Assembly: GCF_001949145.1 (NCBI RefSeq) | Contig: NW_019091361.1 | Coordinates: 2,837,825 to 2,901,824, forward strand | Direction: 5' to 3' | From: Acanthaster planci | Taxonomy: Eukaryota | Length of the DNA stretch: 64,000 nt | Part shown: in pieces, positions 51,781-64,000 of the stretch | Position numbering within the stretch: position 1 is the stretch's first letter | Layout of the letters: every line of letters starts with the position of its first letter | Position numbers and translations under genes: made by a program | The notes under the pieces: generated by a model | What the model was told of the DNA's origin: nothing | The model's database searches: none | What the model saw: the letters and a program-made list of their open reading frames with translations, nothing else

Positions 51781-54700
51781 AAGAGCAACGGGTGATGGTT
51801 AAGATGGTTACAGTGTTTACACAATAACAAATACACGTCGGTGAAGGGTAAAGCATCCGACATTAAACTTAGCATCTTCACGACTCAAAACAGTTTACCA
51901 GTACTCTGTTATAATTGAAATGAACTTACAATCTCTGTACAGCAGGTGTATACATGTAGTTGTCAATTCTTTACAATGTGACAGTTGGACAGCACCGCCA
52001 TGTAGAAGTATTTTTTTTCAGAAAATATAAACTACTACAGATTACGTGGGGTATTGTAGATAAAACGGGAGGTTGCGCAGTGCAAGTTGTGAATTCTCAC
52101 CGCGATATACTTGTATTAATAAGTCCGTGGAAATATTTTGATGTTCAGCATTGGTAAAATTGTATTGCAATATAAAAATACTGCTCGTGCCATTTTTTGA
52201 CAGAAACCAAAAGCCCTGGCTTAAAAAGGTTTCCCTACCATGCCAGTAGGATCTGATGTCTCAAAGTAGGTCTTTAATGAAAAATTAGGTTGCTCATTTA
52301 AATATAGTAAAGCAAAAAAGCGTATAAACGTAGTATTAAGAGTAGTGAATCATCTGAGGTTCCAGTTACAAATAAAATTATAATTAGCATTATCAAGTTA
52401 GTCTCAAAATTCATAAAATCAGAAATATTTGGCAGGTTATTTAAAACTGTAAGCACCGAATTGCAGAAAGAATTACCCTCTTTAGAAAAGTACTTTATTA
52501 TTTCAAACCATGTCACTTCCTTCGCAGATATTGTCCAACAGTAATTTAGAGTACATGTAGGAGTACGACGACTGAACTACGACTATTGTCACTAATTATG
52601 GCGGACGAAACAACATGGCAAACCTGCAACATGAATGTAATAAGTACCTCAACGGCATTTCGGTTCAAATTTGTCATAAGTACATAATACCTGAGAACAG
52701 GCAGCATTTGCTTGAGTTTATAAGTTACCTATACTTGACATTTACAAATTGGCACAAATAAAGATCAGTAAGTAGTTAGCGCACATACTTTGTGTAAAAT
52801 GTTTCACTGATAAATACTTCTGTGGGAGTATATCTTACTAGGTCTTCAATTTTAAAAATCGATATATTTGACAGTGTTTCCCCTATCTCATTAAAACCAC
52901 TGTACACCTTTGCATCGCACATCGCATATTCATAGCCAACACATGATGTAATACATCTGTACAAATTAAGGTTTCAAATTTGTCATATATCTGTACACAT
53001 TTCTTCGTAAAAATCCTGAGTGTTGAATTCTATCTTTAATAATAAAAAAGATAAAATATTAGATGGCAATATTTAAATGACGACGTACCTTAAACATGTA
53101 TGGACTAGGAATACGTGTGGCAAGCCACGTGCACGCAGACTCTTGACCAATCAGAATCGATTTAAATTGTCTCGTATCCAGGTGCCAGCGCGTGATTTTT
53201 GCAGCGGGTATTACTATATCATTCTCAGCGGCCGGGCATTATCAAAATGTTGATACGCGGTCAAGTTGCATGATGTTGAATAGGGAGACTGTCTGGGGTA
53301 TTTATGAATTTAGGTGAATGGTCCCTTCTGTCTTTCCAAAGGGCAACTCACTAGTTGGCAAACTTGGCAACGTTTTCATAACAATTAAGGTAAAACAAGG
53401 CCTTACCTTGACATGTTTAACGCATCGTTTACATTGCAAACAAAATTTTTGAAACTGGAGGTGTACACATTATGATGTCTTGTACACCTTGTTTTTCTAC
53501 TCGTCTTTCAATTTTCATTTTGTCGATGTACACCTAAGATTCTAAAGCTAGATTCAACAAGGTGTGATTGGTCGGGAGAAGGACCGTGTAAATTGTTACA
53601 TCAGCTAATTCTTTCCTCGGCCAAACACCGGTGATGACGGTGCAAAATCCTACACAAGATATGATACAGCTGCAAAAGACTTGGCCAGATCTAATTGTCC
53701 CATTGGGTGTTGTTCAATGTTGCAATTTCGATACAGTTACTTCTAGGCACCCCTCGTTCCGCTTTAAAATACTTTCTGGCAGTATTAATTGATTCAAAAC
53801 ATACTTTCATAAGACACAATACGCGTAGTACTCAATATCTCCCACATGCATGGTTTACACTCACAGGTTCATTAAAACGCATGATTAATGTATATCACAT
53901 AAAAGGTTTCACTTACAAAAATACCAACACAAGTTGTAAGTTTACAATCAAATTTAAAGAACTTCACAATTTGAAAGAAAAAATCGAAATGACAATCTTC
54001 TTTGTCCGAACACAATATAAAACTAATAGATTTTCCTCATTTGAGCTGCTTAGGTTTGACATCTGCACATAAAACCACAATGAATGTTCACAGCTAAATA
54101 AGAGCAAACAGAACTTATATTGCACATACATGTTTAAAAAATCAACAATGGGTCTTTAGCACGAGACACACCATCACAGTAAGCACATACTTCACGGAAA
54201 GTAACAGTTTTCAATGGTGTACTGAAAGGAAAATACATGTCCCAAAGGAATCAACGGTCATGTTGGACAGTGCACTGTCTAATACGAATGTTGATTCATT
54301 TCGGAGTGAATTTGTACATAATCTATGTACACATAAATGATACTATAGGCCAACACAGGCCAAGATCTGACTAAACCAAGCGCTGCACAGACACTCAGAA
54401 GCAAAGATGTTGCTCAACCTTTGAGTATCATGGAACAGTACTACCTGCTGGCGTATTTTTCATCTTCACCGCAGCCTAGGGTGGTGGTACCAATTTGCGC
54501 ATGAAAAGAGACTAGTGCTGAGTATGTATACACAAGCGCATAGGATTTAACGTGGTGGCGGAAATATGACATAATTGTTCAGACAGTCTAAAGGGTTTCA
54601 CTGCATGTCACTAAAAACTGGAAGACGTCTCGTTATTGCAAGGCTTCAGATGCTGCTAAATGTTATGTGAGAGCTCCACTAGGAATCATGGTAGGCCTAC

Positions 54701-55749
54701 GCAATGCAAAACGTGAACCAAACGTAACTTCACGACCGAAATACTAAGCTCATAATGAGTAAAAGTTTTATTGAGTCTTTCAACGGTTTCCCTTCTTCCA
54801 TGCTTCAAATGCATACAGGCAGTGGCGCACCAAGGATTCGAATTTTTGATATCATTCTTTGCTGTGCTATACAGTGCACTGCAGCTAACAGTAATAATTT
54901 TTGATATTGGGAGACTTTTACCATAGGTATATGAAGCATTATTGACGCAATTTGCTGCAAAGCCATAACCCGTCTGCACATCGCACTTGTATTTTATCCC
55001 CTCCCCCCGAAAAAACTAATGCTAAAAAACAAGGCATGCGGTTGGCTACCCTAGCTCATCAAGCCAGAGATCACAGTAGTGATATAACTTCTACTTTTTC
55101 ACATAAATCAAAGAAAAACTTGACCATCAGAGGAAGAGGAATCGCCCCAATAGAATCCATCGGTCTATCACCTCTGAAGTATCAACTTTCGGGACTAAAT
55201 ACAGATATTTATTTGTTGTAGTACGGGCACCATCGTTTCGTGTTTTCGCGCGCTCTCTCTGACTGGTTCTGTCAGCATTAGTCTTTTTCAAGCGCGAATC
55301 AGCACTACCAGAGCAAAAACCCTAGACTACGGTGTAAATAAAAAAAAAATACCCGCTGATATATAACAAAACCAGGTAGTCGTTTCGTGACTGTCTAACT
55401 CAAGATGTCACTTAACCACAACGTGGTGTGAAAAGTGGAATGTGCTACCAGTCTAAGACCTAAGATCTCAGAGTGATGTACTAAAGTGAAGAATACTTAT
55501 TATGAGCTGTCCACAGTGTGACAGAACATGTCGTCCTGCGAGATACACTACTTAATACCGCAAATGCTCAGCTGCCTCTAAGGTAGCAGAACTGATGAAA
55601 TGATAAATGTGTTCAGAATGACGTAGTCACGGACAAACTCGATGTGTCAGTACAAAATTCAAGGAAATACTACACTGATTTCAACGAGTCACGGGCGAGA
55701 CAAACCCATCTTTGTGTCATCAATAATAAGTACTACATTCCTGAACGTG

Positions 55750-58700
55750 TTAAATAAAGCAGCTGGCTGATTCGTTCAGAGACAGGCACCTAGCGATATG
55801 CTGCTTATCCTCCCCCGTTAGAAGGCACTCCTGGAATCGAAGATTACAAAGATGCTTCATCTGCTTCAGGTGTGGCGCCCACAATGCTGCAGAGCCACTC
55901 AGCGCCTCATTGCCGGTAAGATCTAATTCGGAGAGGGCAGGCATCACGCTGCATGCCTCGGCAATGTGCTTCATATCACTGGGCATCAGTGAGCAACAGC
56001 TTAGGTGCAGCTCCTGGATATGCTTCACGTGGTACAAAAAAGGCGCCCACACATTGCAGGCACCGCCCAATGCCATATTCCCTGACAGCTCCAATGCACG
56101 AAGTGAGGGCATGCTACTCAAAGTTAGAGTAATTTGTTCCACATCTGATCCGAGCATTGAGCACCGATTCAGTACCAACACTTGGAGGTTCTTCAACTGT
56201 TTCAGATGGAAGGACCACAGAGATGCCGAGTTTGCCAGTGCATCATTACCAACAAGGCTTAATTCGACCAGGTCACTAGACCTAGAACTCAAACCCTCCA
56301 AAATATCTGCTAGATTTGTGCCCGTCAGTGAATAGTCACTCAGGTACACATGTATCCCAGAACTGACGGGCTGAATTGAAAACTGGAACCTGCTGCCCAT
56401 GTAATTGCTTCGGACAGAGCAGTTTACAAGGTTTCTCAGAAGACCGATTGATGCAGCAACATACTTGAATTCCTGCCTTTTGATATTGCACTCATCAAAT
56501 TCCAGCATCTCAAGATGGTTCAAGGACTGCAAAGGGACGGACCACAATGATGCTGTGCCACCCAGAGAATCATTATCGGAGACTTTCAACCCTTTCAGAT
56601 TTGGCAGATCACACAGTGACACAGAAATATTCTTCATGTCAACCCCTGTCAAATCACATGAACTCAAGTCCAACATTTGTAGATGCTTCATGAGCTTCAG
56701 TTGGGGTGCCCACAGTTTGCCTGAACCACCTAAGGTGTCATTCAGGGACAAGTCCAGCTTGGTCAAAGATGTCATATCCTCAAGCATCAGAGCAATGTGT
56801 TCGATGTCTTTGGGCTGCAAGGAGCAGTGATGTAATTCCAATCGTTCTAGTCGTCTTAACTGCTTTAAGTATGGCGACCACAGTGCTGCCGAGCCACTAA
56901 CTGCGACATTTCCACTGAGGATAAACTCCACAAGGTCATTCCTGTTGCTCACTGCTTCAAGGATGAAGGCTAGATCTTTGCCCGTTAAAGAGCGCTGACT
57001 AAGGTCAAGCCTGATGCCAGTTTTAGTAGGTTCAACCAGAAATCGCCCGCTCAAGTAAGCACTCTTAACCAAACAGTTAACCAGATTCGGCATGTAGCTG
57101 AATGATGTAGCAAGATGCCTCAAATCCTGTTTGTTCAGATTGCAACCTAGCAATATCAGGTTCTTAAGATGATGCATGCGCCTAAGGTGAGGGGACCAAT
57201 TGCCTGCCGAGGCACTCAGCAGTTCATTGCTAGAGAGGTTCAAGTCCTTGCAGCTGGCCATACTGCTCAGGGACATGGCAATGTATTTTACATCCTTGCT
57301 TGACAAAGCACACTGGCGTAAGTATAGCTTTTGAAGTGACCTCATCTGGTCAAGGCAAGGAGCCCAGACTCCAGCCGAGCCACCCAGAGACTCGTTGAAA
57401 GAGAGGTCCAACTTGGTAAGGTTAGCCAGACAACTGAGCGAAATTGCTAGCAGCTTTGCATCTTCACCAGTAAGTGAGCAGTACTTAAGGCTCAGCTTCT
57501 GCAAGTGCGTCATGATCTGAAAGTGAGAGGCCCAGGAACCACCCAATCCACCCAAGCTGTTCTGTGACAGATCCAGTTTTGCCACTAAAGGCATTCCACT
57601 CAACGATACTGCAATGTATTCAATGTCACTGTCTTTCAGCAAGCAGTTACTCAAGACCAACTCTTGGAGACTCTTCAGATGCATGAGAGGATTAAACCAG
57701 AGAGTTGCTGAACCACCCAAACCATTATTTCTACTTAGGACCAACTCAACTAGGTCTTTTCGTCTGGTCAAAGCCTCCATTATTTCTGCCATGTCTGAAC
57801 CAGTCAACGAACACTCAGTTATATCTAGCCTTATACCACGTTTCCTACTTGTTTCTTTTTCAGTCTCACTCACTAGGCGGTTGGTAGGCCAAACAAGGTC
57901 ATCCGCTGGGGAACGACGATGAACGTCAGTTTGGACAGAACAATCGTGAAGACTGCCGATATGTCCAACTGACACAGCCAGGCTTCGAACGTCTTTCCTA
58001 TTTAAATGACAATCTTCTAAATTCAGCTTCTCCAGCCTTTTTAGAACGTGTAGGTGCAAGACCCAAGATGGTACTGAGCCACCTAAACATTCATTACCTG
58101 ACAGGTCTAGCAAGGTCAGGTTGACTAACTTGCCAATCGATGCTGCAATATGTTGCATATTTATGACAGAGAGAGAGCATTCTTTAAGCACTAAGATGGA
58201 TAAATTACTCAATCCCTTCAAACAGTGTGTGAGAGATGTATCCCATCTCTGCAGGTTACATCTGCATACAGCCAATTCTGCTACGCTGGCAAGCTTGGCA
58301 TTGGCATGTCCCTCTGGCTGTTCCATGACCTGTTTGACAAACCACATATGCGAATTCAGACTATCACTGTTGCAGTCTTCAATGTGTACTGCACTCGACA
58401 GCACTGCACTCACAAGGTCTTGGGAAGGTATACTCTTTGACTGACTCTCAAAGAAGCACATCAGGGCCAGTTTTAATGCCGAGTTGCTAAATGTATTCTG
58501 CAGCATTTTCAAGATTTGAGCAGTGCATCCCTGGCTGTCACCACAACAAAAGCGCAGTAGATACTCAAAACCAGCTGGATGGTTCTTGATTGCATTCTCA
58601 AGTTGTTTCAGTATCTTCTGAAATTCTTCAGGGCTGGTTTTTAACAAGCTCTGAAAATATTTGGCTGCGCTGAACTCTTGGAATGTCATATGCATAAACT

Positions 58701-61700
58701 GAATGCTGTCAAGTGTGTCCAAACCCTTCATAACCCTCTGACTGGTTACAAGACCTACTCTTAATGCTGTATTTAATGTACTATTCACAAACTCGCTCTG
58801 TTTAAATGAAAGCAGCTGCACTGGAGATATGAGACCATGAAAAGCAATTTTCCCAAGTTCGACGACAACCTTAGACACTTCATGATTTGAAATGCCAGCT
58901 TTCCGCTTGAACATGTATCTCAGTACCTCACTGTACAGACGATACATTGTGTCTGGGAGAGAAGAATCTTCTCTCCATAAAACACACATCACAAGAAGCA
59001 GCATGGGGCTCCTGGCCAGATCACGCAACACATCAGAAGACTGAATTCTCTCACAAAGCCGCTGAGCTTTCTCAGGCTCCTTGGAGTAGAACTTGCTTAT
59101 ATAATCATTAACATCTTCTGCACTGAACCCTAGGACTCGGACGTGGGTGAAAGGCTTCTGAACCAACAACTTGTTCACCAGTTTGCTTAAGTGAGAGGAG
59201 CGGGTTGTCACCACCACACAGCAATCTCTACACTCCTTTCGATTCAGGATTTTGAGGATGGAGCCAAACGTAGACTCATTCAGGTCGGTGGTCGTAAATT
59301 CATCGAAACCATCCAAGAGAATGAGTACCTTCTCAGGATTGGTGTTGATGAAGGACTTTAAAGCACACTTATCAATGGGGGTGTCTCGGTCCAACAGTTG
59401 TGCAAAGACTGCATCAACAAGCTCAGAGCTTTGCTCAAGAGAGTGCATTTTCAGAGCAAACACAAGTTTGTACTTAAGCAACACACTGACACATTTCATG
59501 GCCCAGTCATACGTTACTTTGGCAATTAAGGTTGACTTCCCAACACCAGCTTGACCATCCAAAATGATCCGCTTGATAACATTACCCTCCCTGGTTTCAA
59601 CAAGGAAAATTCCCTTATATGACTTGAGCTTCCCTTTGATATAATCACCTACAACCTGCAGGCCTGTATAGATATCCATGATATGTTTTGTGTCATCTTC
59701 AAGCCACGGGATGATTTGCACATAACTCCCTGTGGTGGTGTACCGGGATTGCAACGCTTTCTCACAAAGATCAGCAGCAGCTTCAGCAAGTGTAGCCTCT
59801 TGAAGCTTCCTGGTGGCACTGAGTTCTTCATATGGGCCAGGCTGTCTGTCAGAATTACTGCTTGCAACTGGCATTTCCGCTGTAATAAAATGAGGAAAGT
59901 CCTTCAAATCGGAGGCAAGAACACATAGGAACATTTGAAGTGACTATTGGAAAATACCAATGAGGACATAAGAACACTGTCTTTTGAAATCAGTAACACA
60001 AAGCGTTTAAAAGCAAATTTACCTGATGTTTGAATTTTACTACTCCGTCTATTGGTGTCCTCCGGTGAGATTGGTAACTTACCAAAGACAGCATCATGAG
60101 AGTGTATTTCCCGTTTGTCTTCTCCTTGGTCTGCAAGTTAACACAAGAACACAAATGACATTGTTCCCTGAGACTAGGGCCATGTGGAGAACTAACCACT
60201 TAAAGGAAGCATTATTTTTGCCCACAGTTTTGATTATGAAAAAAAGGCAGGACACATTGCCAAACTAACTCGTTGAAATCATTTGGGCAAAATTTTTATG
60301 ATAGTTCTCACTTCAGCCAAATTTTGGAACACACTTGGGTGCCATCATGGAGCAATATTTGCAGTGATATCAACCTGTCCCAACTTCCTGGAATATGTGT
60401 GCATGTTTAAAACAAGTCAGGGGTAATATAACATTGTATGTTCACTGCCAGTGGCTTGGGAATGTGAAGTAGTATAATGCAAATGTCAGCAGTCCATATG
60501 TACGCTGATCGCCAGTTACCATGGCTTGACTTGGCTAAGAAGTCTTGCCAAGGTAGACATTTGGTGTTCATCATTAATACCTTTTGGCGCAGAGACAACT
60601 GTGAGGTTGAACGTCGGCCCATACATTGGTCCAAAGAAACAAGGATTCTCATCACCAGTGACGTTGAGAGTCTCAACATGACAAGCACTTCGCGGGGAGA
60701 AATGAACGACAGCAGCTCTGTCTGGCTCGACTTGATGCCCAAAAAAGGGAGGGATTAATGAACTTAGATTAATACTAAATAATTCAAAGAAGTCGCAAGT
60801 GTGTACGCTCAATTGGTTCATATTTCTGCAGTAGTCAAGTCTATGACAAAAGTTCTTCAACAAATCCACTCCTTTCACAAGATCAGTCATGAGTAACAGG
60901 GTGAACACTGCTCGGGGAATGCTTTCCTTAAAGTTCATTTAAATAGCTTGTGACATGGCTTAATACACTAAAAGACATGGGATGAACTTGACAAAAGTGC
61001 TACCTTCAGACCTTTATGCATAAACAAATTACATGTAAGTTCCTTCACAGACCAGTCACAAGCTTTTCACAAGACCAGTCACAGATAGCAGGGTGAACAG
61101 TGACAAAGAAATGCTTGTGATTGGTCAAATTTCACTTAACGGCTGCTGACTTGGCTTAGGACTGGATGATTGTGGGGACTTTTGATGGACTCGACTGCGA
61201 CACTGATACCAGCTAAGTATGCATATTCCAATGCTGTTATAACTGGAATCATGAAACATGAAGGCATCAAGTCAGGAAATCCTTCCTTTCATCTGACAAT
61301 ATTATTGGTAGACAATGTTGCAAAAGACAAATAAAACTTTCTCTGGTTTGGAACAAGACTTCGAAAATTCGGTCACAAGTTTATTTAGACACAAAATGGC
61401 AAAGGGAACACTATAAAGTACAAGCACAGTTCCCTTCCGTGGATGATCACAGTACTGTCAACAACACGAAAATGATAAACGGCAACCAGAGTCTAATGGA
61501 TGTTCAAAGACACCTGGACACCACGCTGGATAAAATCTTGCATTCAAACTCTTTTACATTCCAAAAAGAATCAAGTCAAACTGTACCTGGATGAGAACCC
61601 TTTGTCAGCACTTGTTGTGTTGACAGGTCAACCTTCTCCTCTCCATCTGAGGGCTGATCATGCTTATTAGATTGTACTGCCCTCTGTCCAGAGCTTTGTT

Positions 61701-62561
61701 CAACGCAGACCCCGGGCATTCCTTCACAATCCTTTTTCTTCCTGTTGACCTTGCGCAGAACTGACTGTAATCTGGACGAGGGCTTCTTTTTGGCTGAAGG
61801 CAAAACTGCATCAACATCAGGCTTTCAAAATGACTCACTGAGTAGCTAGCTTATTCTCAAACAGCCCTATTCCCATCTTCGGCTTTACCTGATGTTTATG
61901 TTCCCCGACTTATGCGATTCTGGCTCAGTCTGAGTCAAAGCTTTGTCACAAGTGGGAGTTTTCTAATTTCAAAATGCAAGGGCTAGAGATATTTACTCAG
62001 CCAGTTAAAGATGAAGCCATTGCTTGAGACAAGTCAACTTACTTTTAAGAAAGAGTAGTCAACTAACTTTCAAGAAAGACACATAACATCCACAGCATTT
62101 GGCCTTTTGCAAACCTAACTGGACCCCCCTTGTTAGCACCCACTTGATCACACAGAACTGTAAGACTGGGTGAAATCTTTATGACTTTCCTCTAAAGACT
62201 AAACCTGACACTGCCTTCACTGCCTTTCCTGATGAACTGTTTGTGGTACACTGATGACAGTAAACTGTGAACGAACCTTGACCCACTGCTCTAATCTAAT
62301 CCACCAAACAATTGACTAATGTTGTTTTCTTGTTTCAAAATGAGAGACTGTTAACTCAATCATTACCTTGCAAAATTTCTGGTGCCTGATGATGTCTTGG
62401 TGAGGGTCTGCTTGGGATTTCAGCTAGCACTTGGGATGTCATCTCATCTCTCTGACACTGCTGTCCAATGGAGCTGGGGCCTTTGTCACGTTGCTTGCTC
62501 CTCCAAAACAATCTGGAGAGTACTGATTGCATTCTGGATGGCTTTTGTGCAGACTGGGCTG
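55750..62561 (-). CDS. NLR immune receptor (NACHT + ribonuclease-inhibitor-type LRRs); 5' end not identified
   Basis: Terminal exon 55750-59879 (acceptor TTTTATTACAG|CG) has Walker A GQAGVGKST, Walker B LILLDGFDEF, VVTTRS, LGFS, SPMLL, WH motif FMHMTFQEFSAAKYF and many LxxLxLxxC/N repeats. Candidate upstream phase-1 exons 60083-60130, 60581-60721, 61587-61805 and 62367-62561 encode a low-complexity linker. No N-terminal effector domain was found in the window. Confidence 0.92.
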
Positions 62562-64000
62562 CTAGGCACAGACAGAGAATATTTTGAAAATCTCAACAGC
62601 ACGTATGCCTGATATGTATAAGTCATCCCTGTCACGAAACCAAAGAGTAGGCACACCTCTGCTCGAAGCTGTACATGCATAAACTGTTTCTGCTTTCATT
62701 CATTTCTGTTTTCCTTGAGGGCTTTCATGTGTAGATCTATCCCAGAGCAAATCTTTATGATGGACTGGAGTTATACCAGGAGTCATACACTGTAACCTTT
62801 GCAACATTGAAAAGCAATGTCTTCCTACATGTACAGAACAAAGTCACAAAAACAATTTGATTTACAGGATCTGCTTTCAGATAAATGCCTGACAGATCTC
62901 ATATACCTCCCATTCAAATAGTCAAAACTTACAGGTACAGTCTCTGTTCTTCATAAACCATGCACATGAACAATATTAGAAGTTATCCTAAATAGTTATA
63001 ATTTTGGTCAAGCAAGAGCATCAATCCATTTTGAAAAGTGTGGGGGCGGGGAACATGGCCCTGATCAGAGTGAATGTGAGCACAAAGTGAGAAGCCCTGA
63101 GTGGCATGGGGTCCAAATAGATGCTCTGTGGTGTGATCTGAGACAAGTTCTGGCTACTTTAGCCAGTTTTTTCAACAAAGACTTTTTCAAGGTATACATT
63201 GTCAATTAGGTTTTGAAAAAGGGGGGGGGGCACGTCCCCCCCCACCTGACACCAATTGATGCCTATGGGGGTCAAGTGATCTGTGGAAAGATGTATCAGA
63301 CATAATTGCTTTGGTTGCTGCATTTGAAACAAGGACTAAATCGTGTAAATGTTGTATCTTCCAGTGCAACTGCAAACAAACACCAATTCAAGCAAAGTTA
63401 CAAAGCAATGCATACGCTGTTTGGTAAACACAAAGGAAAGTCTGTGACCTTGTAGTCGCCAAGTCCCTAATTTCGCCACCAATTGTCAAGGCTGATTGGT
63501 TTTCACATTACATGGTGAATTAAGGGGCCTGGGTCACTCACGTTACATATCTAACGTCAGGATTTGGCTATGTAGTGAGTGAACAGCAGGAGTACGCATA
63601 CAGCAATAGATGGTGGCCATTACTTCACCTCTGTCATGTCGGTGAGGTTCAATAAATTACACAAGTACCAGCAGATGTACATATAGCTCCCATGGGATAT
63701 TTATGATAAGAGCTATCCGTTACCCCATTTATTCTTTAAAGCACTAAGGGCAAAATAGTTCTTTGCCCTGCAGCATGAGGATTCTTAATATCAACTCAGT
63801 ATAAATACATGCAGTTCACGATGATTGTTTCAGTGTGGGCAAAGGTTCACATTATAAAGGCCAAATCTTCAGTGAAGATACCCATGATAACAGGTGGTCG
63901 ATGATATTTTCACAATAATTTTAGGATCTGGCCTACCATCCACCCAGCAAGTGAATTTATCTACTTAAGTTTTTACCCAAGCAAAACTAAAGCTCAGCGA

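Noticed and set aside
55910..59928. Plus-strand ORFs overlapping the NLR and minus-strand ORFs overlapping the UGM
   Set aside because: They are antisense shadows of long coding exons with no independent motifs.
59880..59934. ORF-track N-terminus MFLCVLASDLKDFPHFIT of the NLR
   Set aside because: It overlaps the acceptor tract (TTTCCTCATTTTATTACAG); upstream phase-compatible exons exist.
16055..62561. Single functional gene cluster linking CRYM, UGM, cathepsin, DEATH and NLR genes
   Set aside because: No shared pathway or regulatory evidence in the sequence; adjacency alone is expected in an animal genome.

Overview
Eukaryotic (animal) genomic DNA with spliceosomal introns, assembly gaps and dense transposon debris. 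The overall style (DEATH/NACHT-LRR immune genes, tRNA-SINEs, MITEs) suggests a marine invertebrate, possibly an echinoderm or hemichordate; this is inference only. I assembled five protein-coding genes by hand from splice signals. (1) An 8-exon mu-crystallin/ornithine cyclodeaminase-family gene (CRYM-like, 16055-24926, +). (2) A eukaryotic-type UDP-galactopyranose mutase (UGM/GLF) whose whole catalytic domain lies in one exon (33439-35069) and which appears spliced to an upstream exon encoding a signal peptide or type II membrane anchor (29022-29118). (3) A 5-exon cathepsin L-like gene with the catalytic Cys replaced by Ser, as in silicateins and testins (38999-44244, +). (4) A small DEATH-domain-only gene (48954-50252, +). 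(5) A convergent NACHT-LRR (NLR) gene (55750 to at least 62561, -). The first 15 kb holds a SINE-disrupted class A GPCR pseudogene and a nested transposon stack: a Sola2-like TIR element containing a deleted Gypsy LTR element that itself contains a MITE. A related solo LTR lies nearby. The strongest candidates for novel biology are the apparently secretory-pathway-targeted galactofuranose-forming enzyme in an animal, the Ser-nucleophile cathepsin, and the DEATH-only/NLR pair.
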